The notes below the pieces were generated by a model, which ran no database searches, was not told where the DNA came from, and saw only the letters and a program-made list of their open reading frames with translations. A stretch of DNA of 64,000 nt from an uncultured Planctomycetota bacterium. GTDB lineage: Bacteria; Planctomycetota; Planctomycetia; Isosphaerales; Isosphaeraceae. Each line of letters begins with the position of its first letter. Positions within the stretch are counted from its first letter, which is position 1. The position numbers and the translations under genes were made by a program. This document shows, one piece after another, positions 29,970 through 39,800 of this stretch. The DNA lies in the NCBI GenBank assembly GCA_963823665.1, contig CAWGMQ010000004.1:1472001-1536000 (forward strand), given 5' to 3'.

Positions 29970-30005
29970 TTTCGTGAAACCGCGCGTGACCGTGCGCCGC
30001 GTTGC

Positions 30006-30035
30006 TTGAGCGAAATCGCTTCCCACCGTTACAAT
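30006..30035 (+). promoter_or_regulatory. Candidate sigma70 promoter of glyA
   Basis: TTGAGC-N18-TACAAT, 65 nt upstream of ATG 30101. Confidence 0.45.
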
Positions 30036-30100
30036 CGCTCGAGACGTAGACCTTCTTTAGAACACGACCATTCTTATCTCGACTCCACTTGAGCACCCTC

Positions 30101-31639
30101 ATGCCGAATTCCTTGATCGAATTGTATTTCAAGAACCATGATCTCAAGAGCGTCGCACCCGGTTTTTTGGCCTATCTGGCCAATCTCGAATGTGTGCGCC
30201 AGGTTGCACCCGAAGCGGCGAGGGCCATTGTCGCCGAGCTTGCCGATCAGCGCAGCAACATCAAGATGATCGCCAGCGAGAACTTTTCTTCGCTCGCGAC
30301 GCAGTGCGCCATGGCGAATTTGCTCACCGACAAGTATGCCGAGGGAATTCCTCATCACCGGTTCTACGCGGGGTGTGACAACGTCGACTCGATCGAAGAT
30401 CTGGCCAACGCCCGCGCCAAGGAGCTGTTCGGTGCGGCCCACGCGTATGCCCAGCCGCATAGTGGCGCGGATGCCAACCTGGTGGCTTTCTGGGCGGTCT
30501 TGCGGGCCAGGGTCGAGCTGCCCGCGATTGTGAAGGCCGCCGGCGTGGAGAGTGCCGAGAAGCTCACACCCGCCGATTGGTACAAGCTGTCGCTCGAGCA
30601 GTGGCGGGAGATCCGCCAGGCACTGGGGAACCAGCGATTGCTTGGCATGGACCTTTCCTCAGGCGGCCATCTCAGCCACGGCTATCGGCTGAATGTTTCA
30701 GGGAAGATGTTCGAGGCTCATGGGTACACGGTTGACCGCAGCACGTATTTGCTCAACTACGAGGAGATCGAGCGCCAGGCACTCGACCTCAAGCCGCTGA
30801 TCCTGCTGGCCGGTTTCAGCGCCTATCCGCGCAACATCAACTATGCGCGGATGCGCGCGATCGCGGATCGGGCTGGGGCGCTACTCATGGTCGACATGGC
30901 CCACTTTGCCGGGCTGGTCGCGGGCAAGGTTCTTCAAGGTGACTTCGATCCGATTCCACACGCTCAGATCGTGACCACCACCACCCATAAGACCCTGCGC
31001 GGGCCGCGAGGTGGGCTGGTGCTTTGCAACCCGGAACTGGCAGACCATGTCGACCGCGGCTGCCCGCTGGTGCTGGGCGGGCCACTGCCGCATGTGATGG
31101 CGGCGAAGACCGTGGCCTTCACCGAAGCCCTGCGGCCCGAATTCAAAACGTACGCACAAGGCATTGTCGAAAACGCCAGGGCACTGGGCGAAGCGTTTGT
31201 GGGGCAGGGGCTCAAAGTCCTCACCGGTGGGACCGAGAACCACTTGCTCGTGCTGGACGTTGCGTCGACGCACGGGATCACGGGCCGCCAGGCCGAGGAT
31301 GCGGTGCGGAAATGCGGGATCACGCTCAATCGCAATCCGATTCCGTTCGACCAGAACGGGCCGTGGTACACGAGCGGCTTGCGGTTTGGAGCGGCGGCCG
31401 TGACCACGCTGGGGATGGGCACGGCCGAGATGAACGAGATTGCTTCCATCGTCGCGCTGGTGCTCAAGCATATCAAACCGTCGACGACGCGTTCGGGAGG
31501 GATCGATAAGAGCAAGTACACGCTCGATGAGACGGTTCGGAGCCAGGCGCATGCGCGGGCGAGTGATTTGCTGAAGTCTTATCCGCTTTATCCTGAGATT
31601 GATTTGGCGTTTTTGGTGGATTCGTTGGCGAAGCCCTGA
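30101..31639 (+). CDS. glyA: Serine hydroxymethyltransferase (long form)
   Basis: MIASEN, KYAEG...RFYAGC, QPHSGADAN, GGHLSHG, VDMAHFAGLVAG, and PLP-lysine motif TTTTHKTLRGPRGG. Confidence 0.97.
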   Translation: MPNSLIELYFKNHDLKSVAPGFLAYLANLECVRQVAPEAARAIVAELADQRSNIKMIASENFSSLATQCAMANLLTDKYAEGIPHHRFYAGCDNVDSIEDLANARAKELFGAAHAYAQPHSGADANLVAFWAVLRARVELPAIVKAAGVESAEKLTPADWYKLSLEQWREIRQALGNQRLLGMDLSSGGHLSHGYRLNVSGKMFEAHGYTVDRSTYLLNYEEIERQALDLKPLILLAGFSAYPRNINYARMRAIADRAGALLMVDMAHFAGLVAGKVLQGDFDPIPHAQIVTTTTHKTLRGPRGGLVLCNPELADHVDRGCPLVLGGPLPHVMAAKTVAFTEALRPEFKTYAQGIVENARALGEAFVGQGLKVLTGGTENHLLVLDVASTHGITGRQAEDAVRKCGITLNRNPIPFDQNGPWYTSGLRFGAAAVTTLGMGTAEMNEIASIVALVLKHIKPSTTRSGGIDKSKYTLDETVRSQAHARASDLLKSYPLYPEIDLAFLVDSLAKP

Positions 31640-31652
31640 GGGTCGGGCTGTT

Positions 31653-31943
31653 ATGCCGAACAAGCGCCGGTCGATGAATCTGCTCCATGAGGAAGAGGCC
31701 TTCCTGCGGCGGTGGATGTATGACGAAGTTCATTTCCAGGGCGGGCTAGGGCCGGCGAAGAGATTGCAGCTCGAGCATCGGGTCGTCTCCGCGGATCTTG
31801 CGATACTCATCGCCGCGGCAATCCCTGACATCAGAGAGCAGGAGGCAGCAGGGTTGGAGCCATCCGCGGAGCCTTTGTCGTGGCCGTGGTCCCAAGAATC
31901 GCTGAGCGCACGGATCGCCGAAGCTCGAACCTTGCTCGCCTAA
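31653..31943 (+). CDS. Small hypothetical protein
   Basis: 96-aa ORF right after glyA with protein-like composition (FLRRWMYDEVHF...WPWS). Confidence 0.55.
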   Translation: MPNKRRSMNLLHEEEAFLRRWMYDEVHFQGGLGPAKRLQLEHRVVSADLAILIAAAIPDIREQEAAGLEPSAEPLSWPWSQESLSARIAEARTLLA

Positions 31944-32228
31944 CCGATCCGAGGAGTTGTTTTCGGTCATTGTCTGGCGATCAAACATGAGATCTAAACA
32001 GAAGGTAGCGAAGGTAACGAAGAAGAGAGAGGCGGGGGCGAGAGGCGGTCGTGGATAGGAGAGGGCTGAAGTTCTGGCGGTAGGGACTTGAATTCTCATG
32101 GTTAGACGTTCAGTATGTTGAACGTCTATCCAGTAACGCCGTGAAACTTCGTTCGAGGTTTCCGGCGAACTGATCGTTGTCTGTTCTGCCAGGCATTTCT
32201 TCGAGCTTTTCGCGATCTGGGAGGCAGT

Positions 32229-32696
32229 ATGAGTGTCAAAGCGCAGCCCGACGGGTATCACACGGTGACGCCGTACCTGGTGGCGAAGGATGCTGCCGGG
32301 GCCATCGAGTTCTACAAGAAGGTCTTCGGGGCACAGGAGCTGTTTCGGCTGTGTGGCCCGGAGGGGAAAGTGGGGCATGCCGAGCTGAAGATCGGCGATT
32401 CGGTGGTGATGCTGGCCGACGAGAATCCCGGCATGGGGTTTCTGAGCCCAACAACGCTGGGCGGCACGACCGTGAGCACGCTGATGTACGTCGAGAAAGT
32501 CGATGAGGTCGTATCGCGGGCCCTCGCGGCCGGGGCCAAGCTCGTGCGTCCGGTGGCGGATCAATTCTATGGCGATCGAGCGGGTGGGATCGAAGATCCT
32601 TATGGGCACTACTGGCACGTGGCCACGCACATCGAGGACGTTTCGCCCGAAGAGATGAAGCGGCGATCGGAGGCGCTGTTCTCGAAGAAGGGGTGA
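32229..32696 (+). CDS. VOC/glyoxalase (PhnB-like) protein
   Basis: RBS GGAGG. VTPYLVAKDAAGAIEFYKKVFGA, HAELKIGDS, DQFYGDRAGGIEDPYGHYW. Confidence 0.93.
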   Translation: MSVKAQPDGYHTVTPYLVAKDAAGAIEFYKKVFGAQELFRLCGPEGKVGHAELKIGDSVVMLADENPGMGFLSPTTLGGTTVSTLMYVEKVDEVVSRALAAGAKLVRPVADQFYGDRAGGIEDPYGHYWHVATHIEDVSPEEMKRRSEALFSKKG

Positions 32697-32731
32697 GGAC
32701 GCGATCGAAACGCGCGGGCAAGGGGCGCGAA

Positions 32732-32829
32732 TGGCGATCGCGTGAGCCCTTGCTGGCGCGGCGGGTTGGTGTGGGGAACGATTGGCGATCGCGTGGACCC
32801 TTGCTGGCGCGGCGGGTTGGTGTGGGGAA
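32732..32829. repeat. Two tandem 47-bp REP-like units (51-bp period)
   Basis: TGGCGATCGCGTG[AG/GA]CCCTTGCTGGCGCGGCGGGTTGGTGTGGGGAA at 32732 and 32783. Confidence 0.88.
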
Positions 32830-32892
32830 GCGCTCGACTGACGTGGGGATCGGCTAGGAGCGTGTCTGCGAATTGCGATCGTGTGCGGGAAG

Positions 32893-32926
32893 CCCCTCAC
32901 CCCGGCCTTCTCCCAGCGGGAGAGGG
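32893..32926. repeat. CCCTCACCCCGGCC(T)TCTCCC-N4-GGGAGAGGG palindromic intergenic element
   Basis: TCTCCC/GGGAGA stem. Recognised as a common bacterial intergenic repeat motif, single copy here. Confidence 0.6.
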
Positions 32927-33152
32927 AGCGATTGGTCGTTACGTTGGATTCCCGAGCAAGTGTTGGATCGTGCGGCGCGGCGGATTCGCAGACATGCTCC
33001 TAGGGGTCTCCGAATTTCTCGTGGGGTCGCGACGCTGAAGAAAATGTTGCGCGGAATTGTGTAAGATTCGATTTTGTGATGCGTATCCAGGTGTGAATAT
33101 CGCACGTGCGCCTCGGTCGAGCGTGCGGGCGAGTCTACTTGGAGCATCATAC

Positions 33153-36100
33153 ATGCATGCTTGCCCCAGCTCCGAGGAGCTGCAGAACTTCCTGGACCAA
33201 GGGTTTGGCGCCGATTACATCGCGCGGATCCTGGCGCATGTTGAAGACTGCTATCTGTGCCAACAAGCGCTGGAGCGATTGACGGTCGGCATCTCTGCCA
33301 TCGAGGATGGCCTTGTTCCGGCGGCGTTGTCGTCCGAATTTGACGCCACGATTGACCTGGCTGGGACCGAGATTGTCGGCCAAGGCGATCAGCCACCGCC
33401 CGCGAATCTGAACGGCTTTGGACCGCTCGGTGCACAGACCGATGTGTGTGAACCGGCGGGCGAAATCGGTGAGAACACCGAGCCCGATCCGAGCCTGGCG
33501 ACCGGCCCAGGCTTCGAGGGCGTTTACTCAGGTCGAACAGTAACGGCCGTTGGTGCGCCCGAGTCTACCGCGGACGGGCCCGAGACCGATGGCTCGAAGA
33601 GCCGCGAGCCTGATCCCCGCGCGCATGGCCAAACACGAAATCCTTCGGACTGGCCAATCATCCCGGGTTATGAAATCCTCGGCGCGCTCGGTGAAGGCGG
33701 AATGGGGGTTGTCTACAAGGCGAACCACCTGGAGCTGAAGCGCCATGTGGCCTTGAAGATGATTCGTGGCGGCAGCCAGCCGCGGGCGAATCTGCTTGCT
33801 CGTTTTCGCACCGAGGCCGAAGCAGTCGCGCGGCTCCGGCATCCCAACGTTCTGCAGATCTACAATATCGGAGAAGCCGGTGGTCTGCCGTTCCTTGCCC
33901 TGGAATTGCTCGAGGGGGGGAGTCTGGGCGATAGTCTGGCGGGCGAGCCTCAACCCGCGCGACAGGCGGCGGAGCTGGCGATGACACTGGCCAGGGCCGT
34001 TCACGTCGCTCACCAAGCGGGTATCGTCCACCGTGACTTGAAGCCGTCAAATGTGCTTTACACGTTCGGCGGCGTGCCCAAGATTACCGATTTCGGCCTG
34101 GCCAAGCTGATCGATTCCGACGACGGGCATACCGAGAGCGGCCAGGTCATGGGCTCGCCCAGCTACATGGCACCTGAGCAGGCAAGGGGGCATTCGCGGA
34201 ACGTCGGACCGGCGGCGGACGTTTATGCGCTCGGTGCGATCCTGTACGAGATGCTCACCGGACGACCGCCCTTCAAGGGCGAGACACCCATGGAGACGAT
34301 GCGCCAGGTCGTCGACCTTGACCCGGTGGCTCCCTCGCAGCTTGTGCCGCGGGTTCCGCGCGACCTCGAAACGATCACCCTCAAGTGCTTGAGTAAAGAA
34401 CCGGCCCGGCGCTACTCGTCGGCCCAGGCCCTTGCCGATGACCTGTATCGATACCTCCACGGCCAGGTGATCCAGGCCCGTCCGACCCCGGCGTGGGAGC
34501 GCGCCGCCAAGTGGTCGCGCCGCCACAAGCTCGCCGCCGCCTCGCTGGTTGCAGGCATAATGCTCGTCACTGGCGGGATCGTCTTCGCATTTGCCTACCA
34601 GCGTCACTTGAACCTGCTGGCGCTGCGCGAGACGAACGCCGCTTTTGCCGACGAGATTACCGGCAACGGGCTGATCGACGGCTCGCGCAATCTCACTTCG
34701 CACGGTGATCTGACGCGCGCCAAGATCGAACTCGCCGGTTTTCAGCGAAAAATCTTGGAGAATACCAGGCTTAAAGGCCTGAGTGGCCGCCTCGACGCGG
34801 CGATCAAATCCGTCGACGCGAAGCTCGCCGAGCGCGAAGCGCGAGACAAGCGGCTCGGCGTCGAACGGGACCAGCGCGATCGACTCGCGAAATTCCGCGA
34901 GCTGCGAAAAGAGTCCAACGTCCACGGCATCCAGCTCACGGGGCTGGACCTTGCGACCAGTCAGGACCGGCTGCGCCGCGCAGCACGTGCAGCCCTCGCC
35001 CTTTACGCCGCGCCGAAATCAGGCGATTTCTGGGCGCTCGATGTGCGGTCGGCGGGCCTTTCCCAATCGGATCAGGCGGAGGTTGAGGAAGGCTGCTACG
35101 GCCTGCTGCTTTCGCTCTCTGACGTCGAGCAGACTCCGGAAGAGGGTCTGCGCAGGCTCGACGAAGCCGCTCGACTGCGGCCGAAATCAACGACGGCGTA
35201 TCATCTGCTGCGGGCCGCTTGCCTTGCCCGCGCGCGACGAAACGACGAGGCTCGGCGCGAGCGGGAATCGGCCGAACGAACGCCGCTGGGCACGGCGGAC
35301 GACCACTACCTGGTCGGGCGCGAGAGCTACAATCGCGGCGACGATAGGAACGCCATTCGCTCGTTCTACGCCGTGTTACAGTTCCAGCCCGATCATTTCT
35401 GGGCCCGATGCTTCTGGTCGGTGTGCTGCTTGCAGCTAGAGCAGTTCTCCGACGCCAAGACCGGCCTCACAGCGTGCCTCGACAGGGAGCCTCATCAGGC
35501 GTGGCTGTTCGTGCTGCGCGGTTTCTCGTCGTATCAGCTCGGCCTCCGCGCCCAGACACGGTTGGAGCGGTCGCCGCCGCTCGAGTGGCCAATGCTTCGC
35601 AGCGAGGCAGATATTCAGCTCGACGCAGCAGCAGCGGACTATGCCCGTGCCTTCAAGCTTATCGAGGATGACGCTCGAGACGAACTGCGATACCCCTTGC
35701 TCGTGAACCGGGGTCTGCTCGAGCTCGAGCGCGAAGACTTCGCCCGGGCGGAGGCCGACCTTCGCGCGGCGATCGATCTGGATGCGCGCCGGCTGGAGGC
35801 ATTGCTCGCCCTGACGCAGGTTTATTTGAAACAAGCCAAGCCCGGCGCCGCGCTCGAGGAGCTGAGCCGGGCGATCTCACTCGATCCCCTGCGCTCGGCG
35901 CTTTATCGCGGACGAGCTGACGTCGAGCTCACTCGCCAGAATCTCACCGATGCGCAGCGGTCAAGTGCGTTGCGGGACCTCCAGAAGAGCATCTCCCTCG
36001 AGCGGCCGGGCAGCCGCGATCTGGCCGCCGACCATGCCAAGGTCGCCCGGCTGCTGGCGCTTGAGCATCGCGATGCCGATGCCCTGGCGGCCTGCAATTC

Positions 36101-36851
36101 CGCGATCGGGATTGCAGGCGACCTGGAAGACGCGCATCGGCTGCGGATCGATCTCCTGCTCAGACTGAAGCAATATGCCGACGTCGATGTCGCGAGATTC
36201 GAAGAAGTCGACGACTCGTGCAGCGCGCTCATCGCGCAAGGAGGGCCCTCGTCGACTCTCTACGAGGTTCGCGCGCTGGCCCGTTCCGAGCTCAAGTATT
36301 TCCCCGGCGCCATCAGCGACCTGACGTTCGCGATTGCCTCACGGCCCGAGCATGCACCTCTTCTTTGCCAAAGAGGTTGGCTCTACTTCCTCGTCGACGC
36401 ACCCCGGCTGGCCATTCACGATTTCGACGCGGCGATCGACCTCGACCGGACTTGTGCCGAGGCGTACAACGGTCGAGGGGCCGCTCGTGTGCGCTTCCTC
36501 GAGTATCGCGAAGCGATCGAGGATGCGCGGACGGCTCTCTCGCTGGGCACGCCTGCTTCCAGACTCTACTACGATGCCGCCAGAGTCTACGCCCTCGCCG
36601 CCGATGCGGTCGCCGCCGAGGCCCGCAAGATGGGTGGCGAGAGCCCGAGGCTTAAAGCGCAGTACCAGGACCGCGCGGCGGGGCTTCTGCGTTTGGCGCT
36701 CAAGCAGATGCCCTCCACCCAGCGCGCCGAGTTCGTGCGCCGTGTGATCGAGCAAGATCCTTCGCTCAGGCCGCTACGTCGCCAGATCCGTTTCCAGGAG
36801 ATCTGGAGCCCCTCTGCGAGTAGCGCTTCCTCAGGCTCGCCGGCACCGTAG
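33153..36851 (+). CDS. Hanks-type Ser/Thr kinase with N-terminal zinc-finger (ZAS-like) domain, TM helix and many TPRs
   Basis: HVEDCYLC (HxxxCxxC), LGEGGMGVVY, VALK, HRDLKPSN, DFGLAK, GSPSYMAPEQ, TM at LAAASLVAGIMLV, TPR array. Confidence 0.93.
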   Translation: MHACPSSEELQNFLDQGFGADYIARILAHVEDCYLCQQALERLTVGISAIEDGLVPAALSSEFDATIDLAGTEIVGQGDQPPPANLNGFGPLGAQTDVCEPAGEIGENTEPDPSLATGPGFEGVYSGRTVTAVGAPESTADGPETDGSKSREPDPRAHGQTRNPSDWPIIPGYEILGALGEGGMGVVYKANHLELKRHVALKMIRGGSQPRANLLARFRTEAEAVARLRHPNVLQIYNIGEAGGLPFLALELLEGGSLGDSLAGEPQPARQAAELAMTLARAVHVAHQAGIVHRDLKPSNVLYTFGGVPKITDFGLAKLIDSDDGHTESGQVMGSPSYMAPEQARGHSRNVGPAADVYALGAILYEMLTGRPPFKGETPMETMRQVVDLDPVAPSQLVPRVPRDLETITLKCLSKEPARRYSSAQALADDLYRYLHGQVIQARPTPAWERAAKWSRRHKLAAASLVAGIMLVTGGIVFAFAYQRHLNLLALRETNAAFADEITGNGLIDGSRNLTSHGDLTRAKIELAGFQRKILENTRLKGLSGRLDAAIKSVDAKLAEREARDKRLGVERDQRDRLAKFRELRKESNVHGIQLTGLDLATSQDRLRRAARAALALYAAPKSGDFWALDVRSAGLSQSDQAEVEEGCYGLLLSLSDVEQTPEEGLRRLDEAARLRPKSTTAYHLLRAACLARARRNDEARRERESAERTPLGTADDHYLVGRESYNRGDDRNAIRSFYAVLQFQPDHFWARCFWSVCCLQLEQFSDAKTGLTACLDREPHQAWLFVLRGFSSYQLGLRAQTRLERSPPLEWPMLRSEADIQLDAAAADYARAFKLIEDDARDELRYPLLVNRGLLELEREDFARAEADLRAAIDLDARRLEALLALTQVYLKQAKPGAALEELSRAISLDPLRSALYRGRADVELTRQNLTDAQRSSALRDLQKSISLERPGSRDLAADHAKVARLLALEHRDADALAACNSAIGIAGDLEDAHRLRIDLLLRLKQYADVDVARFEEVDDSCSALIAQGGPSSTLYEVRALARSELKYFPGAISDLTFAIASRPEHAPLLCQRGWLYFLVDAPRLAIHDFDAAIDLDRTCAEAYNGRGAARVRFLEYREAIEDARTALSLGTPASRLYYDAARVYALAADAVAAEARKMGGESPRLKAQYQDRAAGLLRLALKQMPSTQRAEFVRRVIEQDPSLRPLRRQIRFQEIWSPSASSASSGSPAP

Positions 36852-36876
36852 GCGGGAATCACCTTCGCGTCAGTGA

Positions 36877-39800
36877 TTGAATCCAGCTCGATCGCCTTGT
36901 TCTTGGACCCGAGATCATGATACTTCACGGCCCCGCAGCCCACGCCCGTTTCCGTTGCCCGCCGCGTCGTCGGCAACAGCGCGTCGCGTCGTCTACCGCG
37001 CTTTCTCGGGAGTGAGTTTCCGGTTCCGTCCCCGGGTCGAAGTGGTGGAAGACCGAACCCTGTTGTCGACGTTTCTAGTGGACACGACTGCTGACAGCGG
37101 TGCTGGCTCACTAAGGCAAGCGATCCTGGATTCCGATGCTCTGACGGGTGACACGAACACGATCGATTTTGCCATTCCTGGGCAGGGCGTGCAGACGATC
37201 GCGCCGATTTCTCCCTTGCCGGCGATCACGAATGCCGTGCTGATCGATGGGTTTTCGCAGCCAGGTTATGCGGGCACACCGATCATCGAGCTGAGCGGGA
37301 GCCAGCAGGACGGTGGCGATGGCCTGACGATTACTGGCCCGAGCGTGACCGTGCGCGGCCTGGACATTAATGGCTTCTCTCAGGGCGCCGGCATTCACAT
37401 TACGGGGACTGCCGCGACCGGCAACTGGGTCTATGGCGTTTTCGCGGGGATTGATCCAACAGGCACGCAGTCGGACCCGAATTACGCCGGGGTCGCCATC
37501 GACGGCGGTGCCAGTAACAACCTCGTCGGGACCAACGGCGATGGCGTGAGCGATGCGGCGGAGCGGAACGTGCTCAGCGGTAATTTGTTCACGGCCGTCT
37601 CGATCAGCGGGCAGGGCACGGATGGCGACGCTGTCGCGGGCAACTACCTTGGCACAGACATTTCGGGGTCCGTTGCTCTGAACGACGCCACAACGCCGCT
37701 GGTTGACTCACAGGGGAATTACTTCGGCGGCGGGGTGGCGATTTCCGGGGGTGCTTCGGACAACCGGATCGGCACCGACGGCGCGAGCGTTGACGATGCG
37801 GGCGAGCGCAACGTGATCGCGGGGAGTAACAATGATGCGATTGACATCTGGGGCGGTGGAACCGATGGCAACATCGTTGCGGGGAACTTCATCGGGACCG
37901 ACGTGACCGGGACTCGTGCGTTAGGTATCGCCGGGGATGGTGTCTTCCTGGCCGAGGGGGCGTCGTTCAACTGGATCGGGGTGAATCCGAATGGCGGGAC
38001 GGCGGTCGGTGATGAAGGAAACCTGTTATCCGGCAACGGATATGATGGCGTTCAGATCGCCTCCGTGGGGACGGACGACAACGTCGTCGCTGGTAACCGG
38101 ATCGGGACAGATTTGACGGGGACAACTGCCGTCGCCAACGGCGGGCAGGGTGTCGAGGTCGACGGAGGAAGCGTGGATAACACGATCGGCGGATCGGTTT
38201 TGGCTTCCGGCAACCTCGTCTCGGGCAACCATGCCAACGGTGTCTGGATCACCGGCGACGGCGCGACTGGCAACCTTATCCAGGGAAATCGGATCGGAAC
38301 AGTTGTGACAGGGACCCTCGCCCTGGGCAACGCTTATTGGGGCGTGTTTCTTCAAGACGCTGCGTACAACACGGTGGGTGGTGCGACTGGCGGCGCGGGG
38401 AATCTCATCTCGGGAAACGATCAGGGAGGCGTGGCGATTCGTGGCATCGACGCCGTCGGCGACGTCGTCCAGGGGAACCTGATCGGCACCGACGTCACCG
38501 GGACAAAGGGCTTTGGCAATGTTTACAGCGGCGTGTACATCGGTGACTGGGGAAACTACGGCGACGCAGCCTCCGAGGCCACGATCGGCGGGACCGCCGC
38601 CGGGGCGGGCAACGTCATTTCGTCCAACGGGAACTGGGGTGTCTGGATCACCGGATTTGGGACCACCGGGGTCGTCGTGCAGGGGAACATGATCGGCACG
38701 GATGTTACCGGGACGGTCGCGCTGGGCAACTCCAATGACGGCGTTCAAATCGACAATGGGGCCTCGGGAAATACGATTGGCGGCGCCACCGCCGCGTCGG
38801 GAAACGTCATTTCGGGCAATTATCAGGATGGTGTCGTCATCACCGGCCTGGGGACTGATGAAAACCAAGTAGCGGGGAACGACGTTGGCACCGACCGGAC
38901 CGGCGCCGCGATCGTTTCCAATGATGGGCCTGGAATCGACGTCGCGGCGGGGGCGACCAACAACACCATCGGCGGGTCCAACGCTGGCGCGGGAAACCTG
39001 ATCACCGACAACAGCGGACCGGGCGTTGACGTGACTGACACCTCCGTCGGCAACCAGATTGCCGCCAACCGCATCTTCGACAATGCGGGAGAGGCCATCG
39101 ACCTTGGAAATGACGGAGTCACGTACAACTCGCCGTCCCCACGGCAAGGTCCGAATAACCTCCAGAACTTTCCGGTCGTCGTCGCCACTGCCGACGGCCG
39201 GTTCCTGGGCTGGCTGGGCGGGAGCACGCCCGACGCAACCTTTCGAATCGAGTTCTTTGCCAGCACATCGTACGGACCGGGGGGCTCGGGTGCGGCCCAG
39301 GACTATTTGGGCTCGATGGAGGTGACGACCGACGCGACGGGAGAGGTGAATTTCGCCGTTCCGTTCGCGGCGCCTGCCGGCCTGCCGGTCATGACGGCCA
39401 CGGCCACCGATCCAGAGGGCAACACATCCGAGGTCTCGTCACCGCTTTCAGGCGGCATCCAGGCCGGGCTGGAAACCGTCGGCCTGGCGCCCGGTCAGGA
39501 ATCGCTGGCTTTCTCCCCGGCCTCGGGCGATGGCATCGACTTGCAGGACGCGAGCGCTGGGGCGTCCGAGCCGACGTGGGAGCTATCGCTCCTGGTCTCG
39601 ACTGGTACGCTGACGCTAGCGAGCACCGCCGGCCTAGTTGGGTCGGGCGATGAGACGGGATCGCTCCTCTACGCCGGCACGCACTCGGCGCTCAATGCCG
39701 CCCTCGACGGAATGGCCTACGCGCCGCCGGCGAGCTTTCAGGGCAATGCCACGCTGAGCGTGGAGGCCGAGTTCGATGGCATAGCCCTACTCGCGGGCCA

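Noticed and set aside
29970..30100. ZTP (pfl) or glycine riboswitch upstream of glyA
   Set aside because: I could not find the consensus elements by eye, and the candidate leader is only ~60 nt. An Rfam scan would settle it.
32732..32829. Mini CRISPR array
   Set aside because: Only two units, a 4-nt spacer, and no cas genes. Fits a tandem REP-like repeat.
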